A DNA stretch of 63,831 bases, filler included, from Bigelowiella natans CCMP2755 (GCA_000320545.1; 11 parts of 11 records of this genome joined end to end with filler, not necessarily neighbours in it); one strand, 5' to 3'. Numbered from the whole stretch's first letter, positions 14,537-28,975 are shown. Notes: generated from the sequence alone by a model not told the origin. Numbers and translations: made by a program.

Positions 14537-14965
14537 GATCAGATTCAATCCCGAATGCAATATCATCGCTCATCATGGCAACATCAAGGACTCAAAATTC
14601 GACACCTCATACTTCAAAAAGGTACGTACTTAGAGTTGGAAGAAGGGGAGCGGCTGGGGGATGATGATGAGAACGGTGGTGGTTCTTGGGTATCTTTCAC
14701 TTTAGTTTTCGAGCCACGCTAACGATCGGTGTTATGGATATTCTGGCAGTTTGACATTGTGATGAATGCATTGGACAACTTGGCTGCGCGGCAGCATGTA
14801 AATCGCATGTGTTTGGCGACGAAAAAACCCCTCATTGAAAGCGGCACTCAGGTTTGTGTATAAAGCATGATGTTGCTGCTGCTACTGCTGATGATGCTGA
14901 TGATGATAAAATTGGTGGTGGTAGTGGCATTGTTGATGATGATCGTAATGGTGGTGGTGATATTG

Positions 14966-15006
<41 letters not shown>

Positions 15007-16296
15007 GTTCCTCCCCCCCCCCCCCCCCCCCAAGTGTGTATGCAAAAAAAAGGGAGAGAGAGAGAGAGAGAGAGAGAGAGTGATATATGCGTGTGGGTGG
15101 TTTCTTTTGTCTTTTTGGCAGGGATATCTTGGACAAGTGACTCCCATTCTGCCATACCAGAGCGCATGCTTTGAGTGTACACCTCCGGTCTGCCAGCATG
15201 CAACTTACTGGGAAGGAGGGAGGGAGGGAGAAGTTCTTTCGTAAGATTGGCATCAGCAACTTGCGAGTGCAACCTGTGTACCCGTCGTATAATATTAAAA
15301 GGCATTGATCCCCATGACGATGTCGTACTGCGCGGACAGTCATCATCACCACATCATCATAATCACCATCATCATCACCACCATCACCATCACCACCATC
15401 ACCATCACCATCATTATAATCATCATCATTATCATCATCATCATCATCATCATTATCACTATCAAGATGGTAGCGGTCCAATAATCCACTAACACCACAG
15501 CCAAAGCAAAAGACCTTCGCCGTGTGCACGATACGATCAACCCCCGAGAAACCCGTGCATTGTGTGGTGTGGGCAAAGCACATCTTCGCTGTGCTTTTCG
15601 GGCCGAAAGACCCCGATAACATGCTCAGCGACTTATCTGTTTCCGTGGGAGGAGAAGGGGGGGGGGAGGAGGAAGAGAAGGAGGAGGAGACGAACGGTGG
15701 AGGTAATACAACGTGGCCAATTCGTGATGATAATTGAGATGCCAATGATGATGAGGAGGGTGGTGGTGATAGTGCTATGAAGGGTTCGGATATGCTTGAG
15801 TGTTTGTGTACATACTTGTTCTTATCAAACACAACACCATCCATTGCACGGGGACGGGGTTGCTCCCACCCTGCCTCCATCATCGCCACGCTAACAAATG
15901 CCTATTATTCGCAGGGATGAAGGGGGGAGACTCCTTCGGTGGGCGCGTATTTAAAAAAATATTCTGCGAGGAAGTGAAGAAGGTGCTGCTGAAAGAGAAG
16001 GACTGGGGATCTAAAGCCCCACCCAAACCGTTAGATCTTGACTGCATTCTTAAGAGTGCTGCCGCTGCAGAGAAGGAGGCGGAGGCAGCTACTTTAAAAC
16101 TAGCAGAAGGCGCGGAGGAGAAATGCACCTCAGGTTCCTCATGTAACGGTAGAAGAATTAGCTGATGCCTAATACTTTAAAGAGGGTGGAAGCAGGGGGA
16201 GGAGCGGGAGAGGAAGAGAATATGGTGGAGAATGCGGTGGAGAGGTTACTGTACAAACAACATGCTTTGAGCCTATGCAGTGGATTTACAACTATT

Positions 16297-16342
<46 letters not shown>

Positions 16343-16352
16343 GCATTTTCTT

Positions 16353-16414
<62 letters not shown>

Positions 16415-17654
16415 ATACATATAAATATATAAAATATTTCTCCATAATATACAAGCGCGCTCCAGCTTGCGCGACCAAGAAGTGCTGTCTCTCCATGAAA
16501 ACGTCAAGGAATTCCTCTCCACGTAATAGTATTGTCAATAAATGCTTCAAGTAGGCGGCCAAACGAGCACTGTGTAGAATTTGCCCTTACACGCACGCAA
16601 TTACTACCCCCAACGCTACCTGTACCCAACGTTTGAGAGGCCACGAATGATACGCGTGCTTTTGATTGATAATACTGGGCAGAACAAGGCGTTTCATCAG
16701 CGAGCGAAAAGACATGATAGGGTGACGACGACGATGATGATGATGATGATGATGATGATGGGAATGAGAGAACATACTCCCAAGATACTCATACGAGCAC
16801 ACACTGATTGCCGCTGCTGTTCCCTAGAAACATGCCCATTCGTGTGTCTGCGGCAGGCAGCCTGCCATGCGTTGTATGCAGATGAACCCACAGCACCCAA
16901 TACCACCTTAGCCCTTTTTAATGCTCAACCAATAAAACGACACTCCTCCCAGGAGCGCAACGTTCGACAAGGATGACGAAATCGCCATGGATTTTGTTGC
17001 TGCGACAGCCAACCTCCGCATGCACGTAAGGAAATTATGTGTTCACTCGTCGATGAAGATATAAAGTACAACTGTGCGTTTTGGTGTGTCGGTCGTCGTG
17101 GTGATTTGCAAAATCAAAAGATATACGGCATTCCTACGCTTTCTCGGTTCGCAGTTAAGGTGGTCTCGTGATACGATGCAGTATTTTCTTTTGTCTTTAT
17201 CTGTCTCCCTCGCTGCTCTCCCCTTCACCCCCCCTCCCCCCCCTCCCCCTTTGTCGATCCAAAAGAGTTCTGTGCCTCACCAATTCGCATATTGATTGAT
17301 TTATTGAAAATGAATTGCAGGGGATTGCAGGAAACATCATCCATGCCATTGCGACAACGAATGCTATGGCGGCTGGTAGTATAGTAATAGTAGGAGTAAC
17401 AGTAGTAATAGTAATAGCAATAGCGTGGTAGTGGCGGGTGGTATGCTTCTAAGCAATCAGTGTGAAAATTCCATTCTTGCTACATATGCATGTGTGTCGT
17501 ATGAGGAGGATGAGGATGATGATGATGATGATGATGATAATGATGATCGCGATGATAATGACAATGGCGTTTCAGGGCTTGTGGTTATGGAGGGAATCAA
17601 AGTGCTAACAGGGGGTGGGAAGGAACAGTTGAAACCAAAGGTGATGGGGTGGTG

Positions 17655-17718
<64 letters not shown>

Positions 17719-18114
17719 TTCTCTTTTGCTTCTTCTTTCGCACACACAACACACACACACACACACACACGCATGCACACACGCATGCACAGTGTGTATC
17801 ACATTGCTGCACGTAGTGTCTGATGTGAATCGTCATCGCCATCATCATCATCACCATCATCATCATCACCATCATCATCACCACCACCATCATCATCATC
17901 ATCACCATCATCATCACCACCATCATCATCATCATCATCATCATCACCACCACCATCATCACCACCATCATCATCATCTCCATCAAGGCTGCATGGATTG
18001 GGGATCGTGGTAATATCATCCAGTTCCAGGCTTTAGAAGAGCCGTCCAAGCATTGTGTTGTGTGCGGCGATGCTCAAATGACCATTGTCGTCGACCGAAA
18101 GGTCACAAAAGAAA

Positions 18115-18161
<47 letters not shown>

Positions 18162-18271
18162 GGATATCTGATTTCACATCACATGCATGATGATCGTGTT
18201 TGTGAGATTGATACCGAACAAGGCGTGTCTGCTGCGAAACCGCCAGTCCCGTCGGTGCAACGTCGTTCATT

Positions 18272-18303
<32 letters not shown>

Positions 18304-18890
18304 TATCACACATCAACAATATCATTCATAAAAACGGTATGTCTTCCCTTGAGTAGCTATGGTTTGATATTGATCACTTGCAAATCGCCGGCTCTTCTTG
18401 GACAAGCGCACGTTGGATTAAGTCCGCTCACAATTCCGATATCAATTGCTATGGGGAGCAGGTTTTCACACTGGAAAAGCTCTACGGGGTCTTGAATAAT
18501 AAACTCGGAATGATCGAGCCATCAGTCAATACCTTAGGCGGAAGGTAACTACTGAATAAACGACACCATCGCCAGAGCACATAGCCCCCCCCCCCCCCTC
18601 CTCCTTCCCCTCCCTCGAAAAAAAATTCACATAATCTGACCCCCACCACTGTTAGCTACTGGGGTGTCAAGGAAGAAAATGATGAAGAGGCGCTGGCAAA
18701 GTACCTGAGGGACATCTTCCAGGACGGCGAGCAGCTTTCGATAGAGGACGATGCACAGGACTTTAGCTTCAACTTGCTTCTCTCATTTGACGATCTAGAC
18801 GAGAAGGAGCATCCAGGTGTGTGAGTGGCTACCTAGCGACAGAGCAATCCACGTAGTGTTTTACTTCTTTGAAGATTTTCTCTTGAAATA

Positions 18891-18929
<39 letters not shown>

Positions 18930-19571
18930 CAATAGTAGTGCTGTTTGGGAGAGAAAATGCAATATACGACAGCAGGAGGAGGAGGAAGAGGAGGAGGAGG
19001 GGCAAGAATGCTGTGCGTGTGGGTTTTGAGATGTTTTGATAATGTTTGCCTCGTCATAAGTGTTGATTGCTAACTAATCACCCCGCACGAGGTAGTTGGG
19101 TACATCCTCACTACGAGCGACGAGGAGCTGCAAAAGGCGAAGGAGAAGCCAAACTTGGAGCGTTTGGGCATGAAGGTGTGCGCTGCCGTCGTGAAATTCG
19201 AAGCGGTGCTACCTGCACTCTACGCTCGATGCCACTTACCTTCATCCGTCATTATGGAAGTGTGTGTGCGCGCGCGCGCGTGTTATGTCAGAAGCATTTT
19301 TTGGCCAAAATTGGACGGCATTCGTTGTGAGCTGACAATTGTTGCTTTGTCCCAAGGCATCATCGTCCAGCAAGAAAAGATCGGCTCCTGGAGGAGGAAG
19401 CGCCACTGATGGGGTAGTAGCTCAAGAGAGTGTGTCTGTCTCCATCATAACATCATCACCGCTGCTCCTACTCACCACCCCTTGTTTGGTGTGAATGCGC
19501 GAATATGAACGTAGGATGCAGCTCCAGCTAGCAAACGAATTCGTTCGGGAGAGGCCATTGTCCTCACTTAG
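13707..19571 (+). CDS. UBA2: SUMO-activating enzyme subunit 2 (E1), many exons
   Basis: [53 protein letters not shown], catalytic [21 protein letters not shown] (Cys at 15525-15527), [20 protein letters not shown]; ends EAIVLT*. The ATG is in frame only if one G in GGG at ~13713 is a sequencing error. Confidence 0.95.
17828..17990. repeat. Long (CAT/CAC)n microsatellite in a UBA2 intron, representative of many intronic (TA)n, (CA)n, (GA)n, (CAT)n and (TAG)n tracts
   Basis: Direct reading of the sequence. Confidence 0.95.
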
Positions 19572-21241
19572 ATATGTACACACCCCCTGCGGCTATCTTC
19601 TGGTTTTCAACGTGACCATGTGATATCCAAGCTATATATGGTGGATGGTGGTAAGAGATTATCGGTCGGAGCCCGTGAGCTTCATCGCAAGGGGCTGGTT
19701 TGCTGGTACACTCAGTAGCAGCGCAGATGTGTTTAGGCAGGAGCGATAGATGTAGAATGCTGCATTTCTGGCGGTCCGAAAGATGGAGTTATAGTGCAGA
19801 CAGATAGCTAGATAGAGACAATGAGTGGAATATGTGATGTTTTCATATTCAATAATAATATTAAACAAATAATTCACCCTAGCTAATAATAGACGCACAG
19901 CTAGACAGGCCACGCATGCATCTCTAGATCTCTAGATCTTCTCAGTAGTCACGCACACATAGCTAGATGGTCTGACAGTCATCACATGTAATATCAGCAT
20001 GTACACATGCAACATGGTACATGGACATGCATGTTCACATACGTGTAGCCGTCTACGACACGTGCACATCGCATGCTTCACATGTACCCATAGCTACACA
20101 CGTGCCTGGTGCATGTGTGGATGTGAACAGAGCATGTGTGCTTTTTAGGTACATGTGGTGTGCATGGCTAGATGCTAGATGGGTACATGTGTTCCTTACG
20201 CGTGCACGTGTGTGGAAGACACATGTGTCCATGCAATCTAGCAATGGGATCGAAGTTGTGAGTTCATGTGCAATGAATGTGCACCACAAAGCTAGCATGT
20301 CTAGATGCATGGATGCACGTTGTGCACAAATGAACGCATGCAACGTGCACATCTAGCAGCGACCGTAAGCGAATGCAAATGAATCGCGCCAATCATGAGA
20401 GCTAGAGAGATCAATCAACATTGCATGATGTTTGTGCACGTGCATGTGTGCGCACAGAGAACGCATCGATCATGTGCAGCATGCATGCATGATGATGGTT
20501 GTTGGGTTCATGTTTTCACATGCACGCAGACGACGCATGTGCTGGCTGTGCACAGCTAGACAGCAGCTAGCTAGCTACTAGCATGCACATGCTAGCATGC
20601 ACACATCGATCATGTGCAAGTTTACGAGTGCTAGTGTCCATTGTAGTTCACTGTGCATGTGTCTACGTGCAGCCATCTAGCCATGCTAGCTAGCTAGCAT
20701 GCTAGCTAGAGTAGATTGACGTCGTGAAAGCAAATTGCAAGCGACTGCTACGCAGCTCTGGCTAGCTGGCGGTCAACCCTACGTACGTACGTGCGTACGC
20801 ATGCGGATGCAATGGCAGCTGGTAGCTCTTAAGAGCTCTACAGCTGGCGCCATGCTAGAATGAGATCTGGTGAGACATGACGCACGCACCAAGCAGCCCA
20901 CGTGTCTGCACCCTGCACTGACGTCTTGCTAGCTAGCTAGATCTAGAGAGATGCGGTGCATGTAACACGGCTAATATGCGCTTCTAGCTAAGTATTTACA
21001 CGAACATGTGGGAGTATTCTGGTAGTTAATGCCATAATGTGACTTACATGTGACTAAAGATTTACATGGGCTCAGTGGAGCATGAGTTCTCATATACTCA
21101 CGAATGTCTGATCATTTCTGGTTCCCATTCACTGAGCTATTGCTTTTCAGATGTTGAGTTAGTTATGTAACTGTAGACTAATTCTTCATGTGCATTTCTG
21201 GACATCATTTACTGTGCCAACAGTTTCACGAATATATGGGT

Positions 21242-21256
21242 GGTGTCATAGACACC
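21242..21256 (-). promoter_or_regulatory. Histone 3' stem-loop downstream of H4
   Basis: Minus strand AACTCAAAACC-GGTGTC-TAT-GACACC-ACCCATA, about 40 nt after the stop. Confidence 0.8.
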
Positions 21257-21296
21257 GGTTTTGAGTTTGTTTTGTAAGTGCAGGTTTGCTCGTAAT

Positions 21297-22477
<1,181 letters not shown>

Positions 22478-22906
22478 ATGTCTGGAAAAGGAAAAGGAGG
22501 CCGAGGAAAAGGCAAAGCCGTCAAGGCAACCACCCGCTCTGCTCGTGCAGGACTTCAGTTCCCTGTGGGACGTATCTCTCGATTCTTGCGCAAAGGACGC
22601 TACGCTACCCGTGTTGGAGGCGGAGCTCCTGTGTACCTCGCAGCTGTCCTCGAGTACCTCACCGCTGAGATCCTCGAGCTTGCTGGAAACGCTGCTCGCG
22701 ACAACAAGCGATCCCGTATCATCCCTCGCCACGTTCAGCTCGCTATCCGCAACGACGAAGAGCTCAACAAGCTTCTCGGAGATGTTACCATCGCTGCAGG
22801 AGGTGTTCTCCCAAACATCCACGCCGTTCTTCTGCCTAAGAAGAAGGCTTCCACTTCTGCTCCTAAGAAGTCCAAGAAGAGCAAGAAGAAAAAGGGAAGA
22901 AAGTAA
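22478..22906 (+). CDS. H2A: Histone H2A (intronless) with an extended Lys-rich C-tail
   Basis: [14 protein letters not shown]...[23 protein letters not shown]...[15 protein letters not shown], then [19 protein letters not shown]. Confidence 0.99.
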   Translation: MSGKGKGGRGKGKAVKATTRSARAGLQFPVGRISRFLRKGRYATRVGGGAPVYLAAVLEYLTAEILELAGNAARDNKRSRIIPRHVQLAIRNDEELNKLLGDVTIAAGGVLPNIHAVLLPKKKASTSAPKKSKKSKKKKGRK

Positions 22907-22943
22907 ATTGCCTTTGCGAATCTCTTACTGAACTCAAACAACC

Positions 22944-22959
22944 GGTGTATAATTACACC
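22944..22959 (+). promoter_or_regulatory. Histone 3' stem-loop downstream of H2A
   Basis: AACTCAAACAACC-GGTGTA-TAAT-TACACC-ACCCATA: 6-bp stem, 4-nt loop, ACCCA 3' flank. Confidence 0.85.
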
Positions 22960-22984
22960 ACCCATAGTTCTGGAACCTTCGGAT

Positions 22985-23032
<48 letters not shown>

Positions 23033-24173
23033 TATTATAATATGAATGTTGACCTACAAGTGTATCTATGTACATATTTAGCTAAGTGCGCGCAAACGAC
23101 TGTATGAACATATAAGAAGTTCATATCCTCGGCCTAAATATCCTATATCCACTTGAGAGTCGCAGACTGGACAACGTAACTTGTCCATCTTAAGAAATCC
23201 CGCGCGCACACAATCTAGCCACAGTAGATCTCACACCGAGTAGGGACAACTCTATCTGCTCCGGTGGACGCTCTCGACACACCTGAGAAGCTTAGAACAC
23301 ATCCTAGAAAGCTGACGTAGCTTGGCAAGAATGCCATCATCGCGCCAGACAGACCGTACTAGCCTAGAAAGCTAGAGAGTGCTAGAGCAGACGCCATCAC
23401 ATCATGTACTGCACTCTAGTACTAGTCGTTGGCGTTGCATGCACAAATCTCAGATTTACGCAACAGCATGACCTAGCTAGCTAGCGATGCGCATGCTAGT
23501 GCTAGTCTGTCTGTCTAGCTAGCTAGCTCTTGTTCGCAGAATGACACCAACTAGCGACGTACACACATGATCGATGATCATTGCTAGATTGTCGCGTCCA
23601 CAGCAGTCGCTAGCATGGGTCGTTGTGCACAATAATTTGGCAATGCTACGCACAGTACGTCTAGCAGTCGCTGCGCAACACAAATCACAATTCTAGAATT
23701 CATCGTTGAAGATCATGTGAAATTTCTGCGCGCACAAACATCTAGACATGCAAGCATGGCATCATCCATTGGCCATGTCTAGAGTCTAGATGTGTGCTGT
23801 AGCATGGCATGCCCTAGCTAGCCTAGCTAGCTAGCTACTCGATCTAGCTAGTACCAGCATGCATCGCATAGAAGCATGTCCATAATATATATTGTGTATT
23901 GCATGTCTATCATGTCCATAGCTAGCTGCATGCTAGATGTGAATATGATAGTACGTGATGGGCAGAATGGATGCACACATGTCATCTAGACGTACATGAG
24001 ATGCATCGCACAAGACAAATGGCTAGATGGGCCAATAGACACAAAACTTGCAATGAAATGCATGTACTGTCTGCTAGATAGCATAGCCAACATATAAAGC
24101 CAACATCTTGATGTCTAGATCTAGAGATGTGTAAAGTGCACATGTGTACTCTGCATACAGTCGGCTTGCTAGA

Positions 24174-24721
24174 TCAGAGCTTTGATTTTACCCCGGTGGT
24201 CAAGATCTCAATGCCAGGCAACACTTTTCCCTGCAAATACATGCAGCACTCTTAGTCATCTGGGAAGTGAGATTGCGTTACGTCACACAGTCAAGAAAAG
24301 GGCATTACAATATTCCATGGAGTCATAAATAAGAACACCTCTAGATCTAGTGACAGTCTTCTTATTCTTCTCACCTGAAGCAGCTCAAGGGATGCACCCC
24401 CCCCCGTCGATGTGTGAGTCACCAAAGCATCAAATCTGAGATAAGAGACACCGCGCGTGAGATAGGGAAACACAGTAAGTAACGACCACATTGGCTGTAC
24501 AAGCCCTGTGATTTCGACCAACGCTCAATGCATGTGGCAATGTAGTGATGCGAATGAGTGTTGCTAATGGGTATTGGGTTGCGATTAAATGCTGTCCCCG
24601 TCACACGGTAAACTGGCCGCAGCCAACACAAACTCATCAGCGGTTTACGTTATTTTTGGAACTCTACAAAAGACATGCGCGAAATATACAAACACACACA
24701 CCCACACGCACACACACACAC

Positions 24722-24759
<38 letters not shown>

Positions 24760-24771
24760 CATGCATAATCT

Positions 24772-24827
<56 letters not shown>

Positions 24828-25211
24828 CCCAAAGCAGCGTTTCAAATCAGCATTTTCCGCTCTTAAATTTGCCGTGCAGGTTTCACGAATCTCTCTCTAG
24901 GACCCGCAAAAAGAAGGCAAACAGCTTGGCCTTTGGGCGAGCTTTGCCATAAGATCGTGAACATACAACACCGACAATTTTCAATTATTATTCAATCGTC
25001 TCATTACCCAAAGATCTTGGCAGCAGATGCACTATCTCCTCCCCCAACGATGGTCGTAGCCCCTGCAAGAGAATTGCAGCACAGGGGACGGGGAAAGTCA
25101 AGAAACAACTATCTGGATATAACACTAGGCGATTCGTTACCGACATGAATACCACAAAGACGACCCGGCAGCAAGCAGTAGCCACGTGCTTACTAACTAT
25201 TTAGTATATGT

Positions 25212-25251
<40 letters not shown>

Positions 25252-26002
25252 TATTACGACAACCCGACCGTAGTCTAGAGTAGCAAATGCCATGGCCTCC
25301 AAGCATGCGATGGTGCCCTTTTCGAATGCAGGCATCTCGAAAACGCCTTGTGGACTATTGGTCGGGGGGAGAGAGGAGGGGGGGAGGGGGAGGAGGGGGG
25401 CACCAGGTGTTACTCAGAAGCCATCATCATTCGTCACAGTCACAGCAGCAGCACTAATGGACGGTCTTAGCCAGAAACACAAGGCTGTGCTTGTGGTTCC
25501 TTACCCGTTGTAAACAACAGTCTGAGCGTATTTGATTCTATTAGCAAATTCCTGAGCAGTCGCTGGGCCAATGTCCAAGCCCATCCACTAATACATAATA
25601 GTAATGATGATAACAATATTAATAATGATAATAATGATAACGTTGCTCACGGACGACGTCGACGACGACGACGCCAGCACACACGGAGACGAATCAACAA
25701 CACCGTATTTATTGTTTTCAAATATAATAGATAGTAAGAACACTCAGAGTATAGTGCGTGTGCATGCATGAGGGAAAGGAGGAGAAAGACAGGATTAACA
25801 GAAGAAACGTGTGACAGCAGCGGCAGTGTAGCATTGGGTCGTCGTCGTCGTCGTCGTCGTTGTTGTTGTTCTTTCAATCATAATCCTTCCTGACCCCATC
25901 AGGAATGCCCTCCTCGCTCTTCACGATCTTCGTAGCGGAGTCCTTATCGAATCTTTCAGCAGCTACCGCATCAGTGGGGAGGTGAATCCTCACGTCCTTT
26001 TT
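24174..26002 (-). CDS. PGK: Phosphoglycerate kinase, 3' portion, C-terminal -SKL
   Basis: Exons: RIHLPTDAVAAE...GIPDG|WMGLDIGPAT...VVYNG|PQGVFEMPAFEKGT|TTIVGGGDSASA|THTSTGGGASLELLQ|GKVLPGIEILTTGVKSKL*. Confidence 0.95.
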
Positions 26003-26269
26003 CTATGGAACATAAGCATGGGGAGGGGGGGGGGGTTGGGGGGGTTAGGCTAGTTCGTTGGTAGGAGTACNNNNNNNNNNNNNNNNNNNNNNNNNNNNNN
26101 NNNNNNNNNNNNNNTTAATTAATTAANNNNNNNNNNNNNNNNNNNNNNNNNNNNNNNNNNNNNNNNNNNNGTTTAACCTACTCCTTTCCCTCCCTTCCGC
26201 CCCCCCCCCCTTCCCCCCCTCCTCCTCGCTCTTCACATCTAATCTCATTTCACGTCCCACTATTATCAG

Positions 26270-26439
26270 TATTCTCTATCTTCGTTCTCCTCATCATTGG
26301 AATTACGGCTCTGGCAAGTAGGCTGCAGTTGTATTTTTGCTGTGTTAGTAGTAGCAGTGGAAATCTTCCACAACTTAGAGCTTCAAGGAATGATGAGGCA
26401 GCAGCTATAATAAAACATTGTCAGGAAGATGCCGTTTAG
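26270..26439 (+). CDS. Possible terminal exon of a membrane protein
   Basis: AG acceptor then FSIFVLLIIGITALASRLQLYFCC...QEDAV*; begins just after a linker. Confidence 0.3.
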
Positions 26440-26941
26440 AAACCTCATTACATGCATTGACAGTCGCCGTACACTTCTAGATGTTCGAGCTACATGCATT
26501 CAATAAAGCATATCTAGATCTATCTGGCCACGATTGATGACAGCATAGTGCACGATGCAATGATCCCGAACGTGCAAGGCTCGCAATTTTTTGTTAATGA
26601 ACATGTAGCGCCTACACCTAGCGTTTTCCGGTTACACACGGGTCTACATTTACCATGTGCGTGCATGCTAGCAAGGAGAGCAATCTATAAAGTAATATTT
26701 TTGCAAGCACTTAACACACGTCTCTAAAATCATTCATCATTGCTCTTTTGTGCTACACTGCATGAATACCTTTAACGCCATCGCTAGATCGATCAATCAA
26801 AGAAAAAGAAGAAGGGGGGAAAAAATGAGTGGCAAGAATGCTAGAATGGTGGAGGCATCATCAGGCCTAGAGGCGAGATGAGCCAGAGGGCTAGCTAGCT
26901 AGGGTTCAGGAGAACAGTGGTGATGCCAGTGGCAGCGATGC

Positions 26942-27569
26942 CCAGATGAAGATGACGAAGACAACGAGCGAGCGGAAAATGAAACTAGGATTCAAGAACA
27001 AGGAGGTGATAACAGCAAAATAGGCTGACAAACTTGTTGTGCTTGCGGGTGTCATAGCAGAGATATCAGGGGTAGCATTAATTGTCATAGTGATAGTGTT
27101 CTCGTTCATCAATACATTTCGCCCGCTGATCCTTCCTACGCTATGTGGTGAACCCAAAACAACCTACTTAGGCAGTACTCGAGACAATTTCTCTTCTGGA
27201 GAGCTCAAAACCTTTGAATAAACACGCTCCAACACTTGCTTGTCTCTACTGCTGCGTCGCGCACGCTCGCCCCCTCACCAAACCTCAGGCATGAGAGACT
27301 CAATGAAGGTGTAAGCGATGTGCATCATTTGGGCATAGTGCAACGAAATTGGGGTTAGTTGAGGTGGAAAAAGAATGGCAGAGAACAATTTTAATCACAA
27401 TGGTGTGCGGCATGAAAGCCACACGATGCGATGTGATGATCACTTCTCTGATCGAATGTGGGCCTTCAAGAATTGGTTGGAAAGACACAAAGCCAAAATG
27501 GCAGCCAAAAAGGAAAGAGAGAAAGAGGAAAGGAGGGAAGAGCGACTAAAGCGGCTGGCGAGGACCTAA
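26942..27569 (+). pseudogene. Degenerate intronless ORF (pseudogene or TE remnant)
   Basis: One frame reads PDEDDEDNERAENETRIQEQGG... through in-frame TGA at 27026, 27149 and 27215, then shifts into the 27375-27569 ORF with a charged coiled-coil end. Confidence 0.45.
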
Positions 27570-28622
27570 AAAGAGAGAGAGAAAAGAACAAGTTGACGAA
27601 AAAGTTAGAAGATGAATGGAACAGTGGAATTTAAAACGTCTGCTGTGACAACGCAACTCCGTCAAGCCCGGTGACGACTGGGGTTTGCACAAACCATGCT
27701 TTGCGCGCGCGGCCCATGCCGCTCACTCGTTGCAATTGAACATTAGAAGCAAACTGGAGCCTGTTTGAAGTTCAAATTTAATTTTTTTTTTCGAATTTCA
27801 GCTTCAAAACCTCACCTGTCAGTCCGCCTGCCAGCGGGCGCTAATTGAAAATGCTCAGCACTTCTGAAACAGCTAGCGCAGTTGCACTTGCTGTGCTATG
27901 ATTTTTTCAAGCTCATGCATGCATGAGGATTTGCGCACACTAGCTTCACGTCATTGCAAAATTTCAGCACGCGCACGCTCATTGCACACACACCCGCGAG
28001 TGGCTCAATTGAGAGGTCATGCCGCTCGTTGCAGGTTTGACTATTTGACGGAGTTTGTGAAAGCTGTGAATCAGCCATGTTGGCATGATCATTGATTGTT
28101 GCATGCAGAACAACAACAATCGTGAATGATGCATGGCATCGACCCACTCCTCGATGTTTCGCGCGCAACTGGCACACATTGCAAACGCGGCTAAACAATG
28201 AGGATGTTGAACACAGGAGACAAGCAGTCGAAAATTGCAACGCACGCTGGCACGGTGGCATGCACAAAAATGCGAAGCACATGCACATACGACGATGCAC
28301 GGGCATGCACACCACATCGCCACTCAACAAAAGTTGCTAACGAAATCTGCATGTGCTTGCAAATTTCTGGTTGCATCGGAGGACTTTTTCATTTCATCTT
28401 TGCGATTTCGTTAAGTCAGCATGAGCATGCAATTTTTGACAGCATGAGGATGAAGGAAATCAATTTTTACATTATTTACACTAATGAATTATCAATGAAA
28501 CATTAATTTGGAACAATGATGAAATGGAGGAGGAGGGAGAAAGGAACTCAGAGAGGAGGATGATTGAAATGAGGCGGTAAGAGGAGGATCAAGAGAGATT
28601 GAGGAGTACTTCATAATATAAC

Positions 28623-28665
<43 letters not shown>

Positions 28666-28670
28666 AATTC

Positions 28671-28933
28671 CTAAATGCGCATGGAGCTTGACGTTGTGTT
28701 CCCTAGGTGATCAGTAGACATCACAGCTGTTTCCGCCATCTTTAAATTTGACACATTTCCCATTTCAATATGTTGATCCGACACCACAGCTGTAGACGCC
28801 ATCTTCATCTCCGATATATTTCCCATTCGAACATGTTGATTTGCAGCCTTCTTTTGTTTTCTTCGCCAACAGCAGAGAAATAAAATCTGAGAATGCCAAT
28901 CGTGAGTGCAACATATCAATTATTTTAAATATG

Positions 28934-28975
<42 letters not shown>

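Noticed and set aside
14832-15889. Poly-His/Asp/Met and YIYI/HTHT/CVCV ORFs here and throughout the track
   Set aside because: Translations of intronic microsatellites, here within UBA2 introns.
27026-27217. In-frame TGA as evidence of a reassigned genetic code or selenocysteine
   Set aside because: PGK and HSP90 in this window use TGA as stop; pseudogene decay is simpler.
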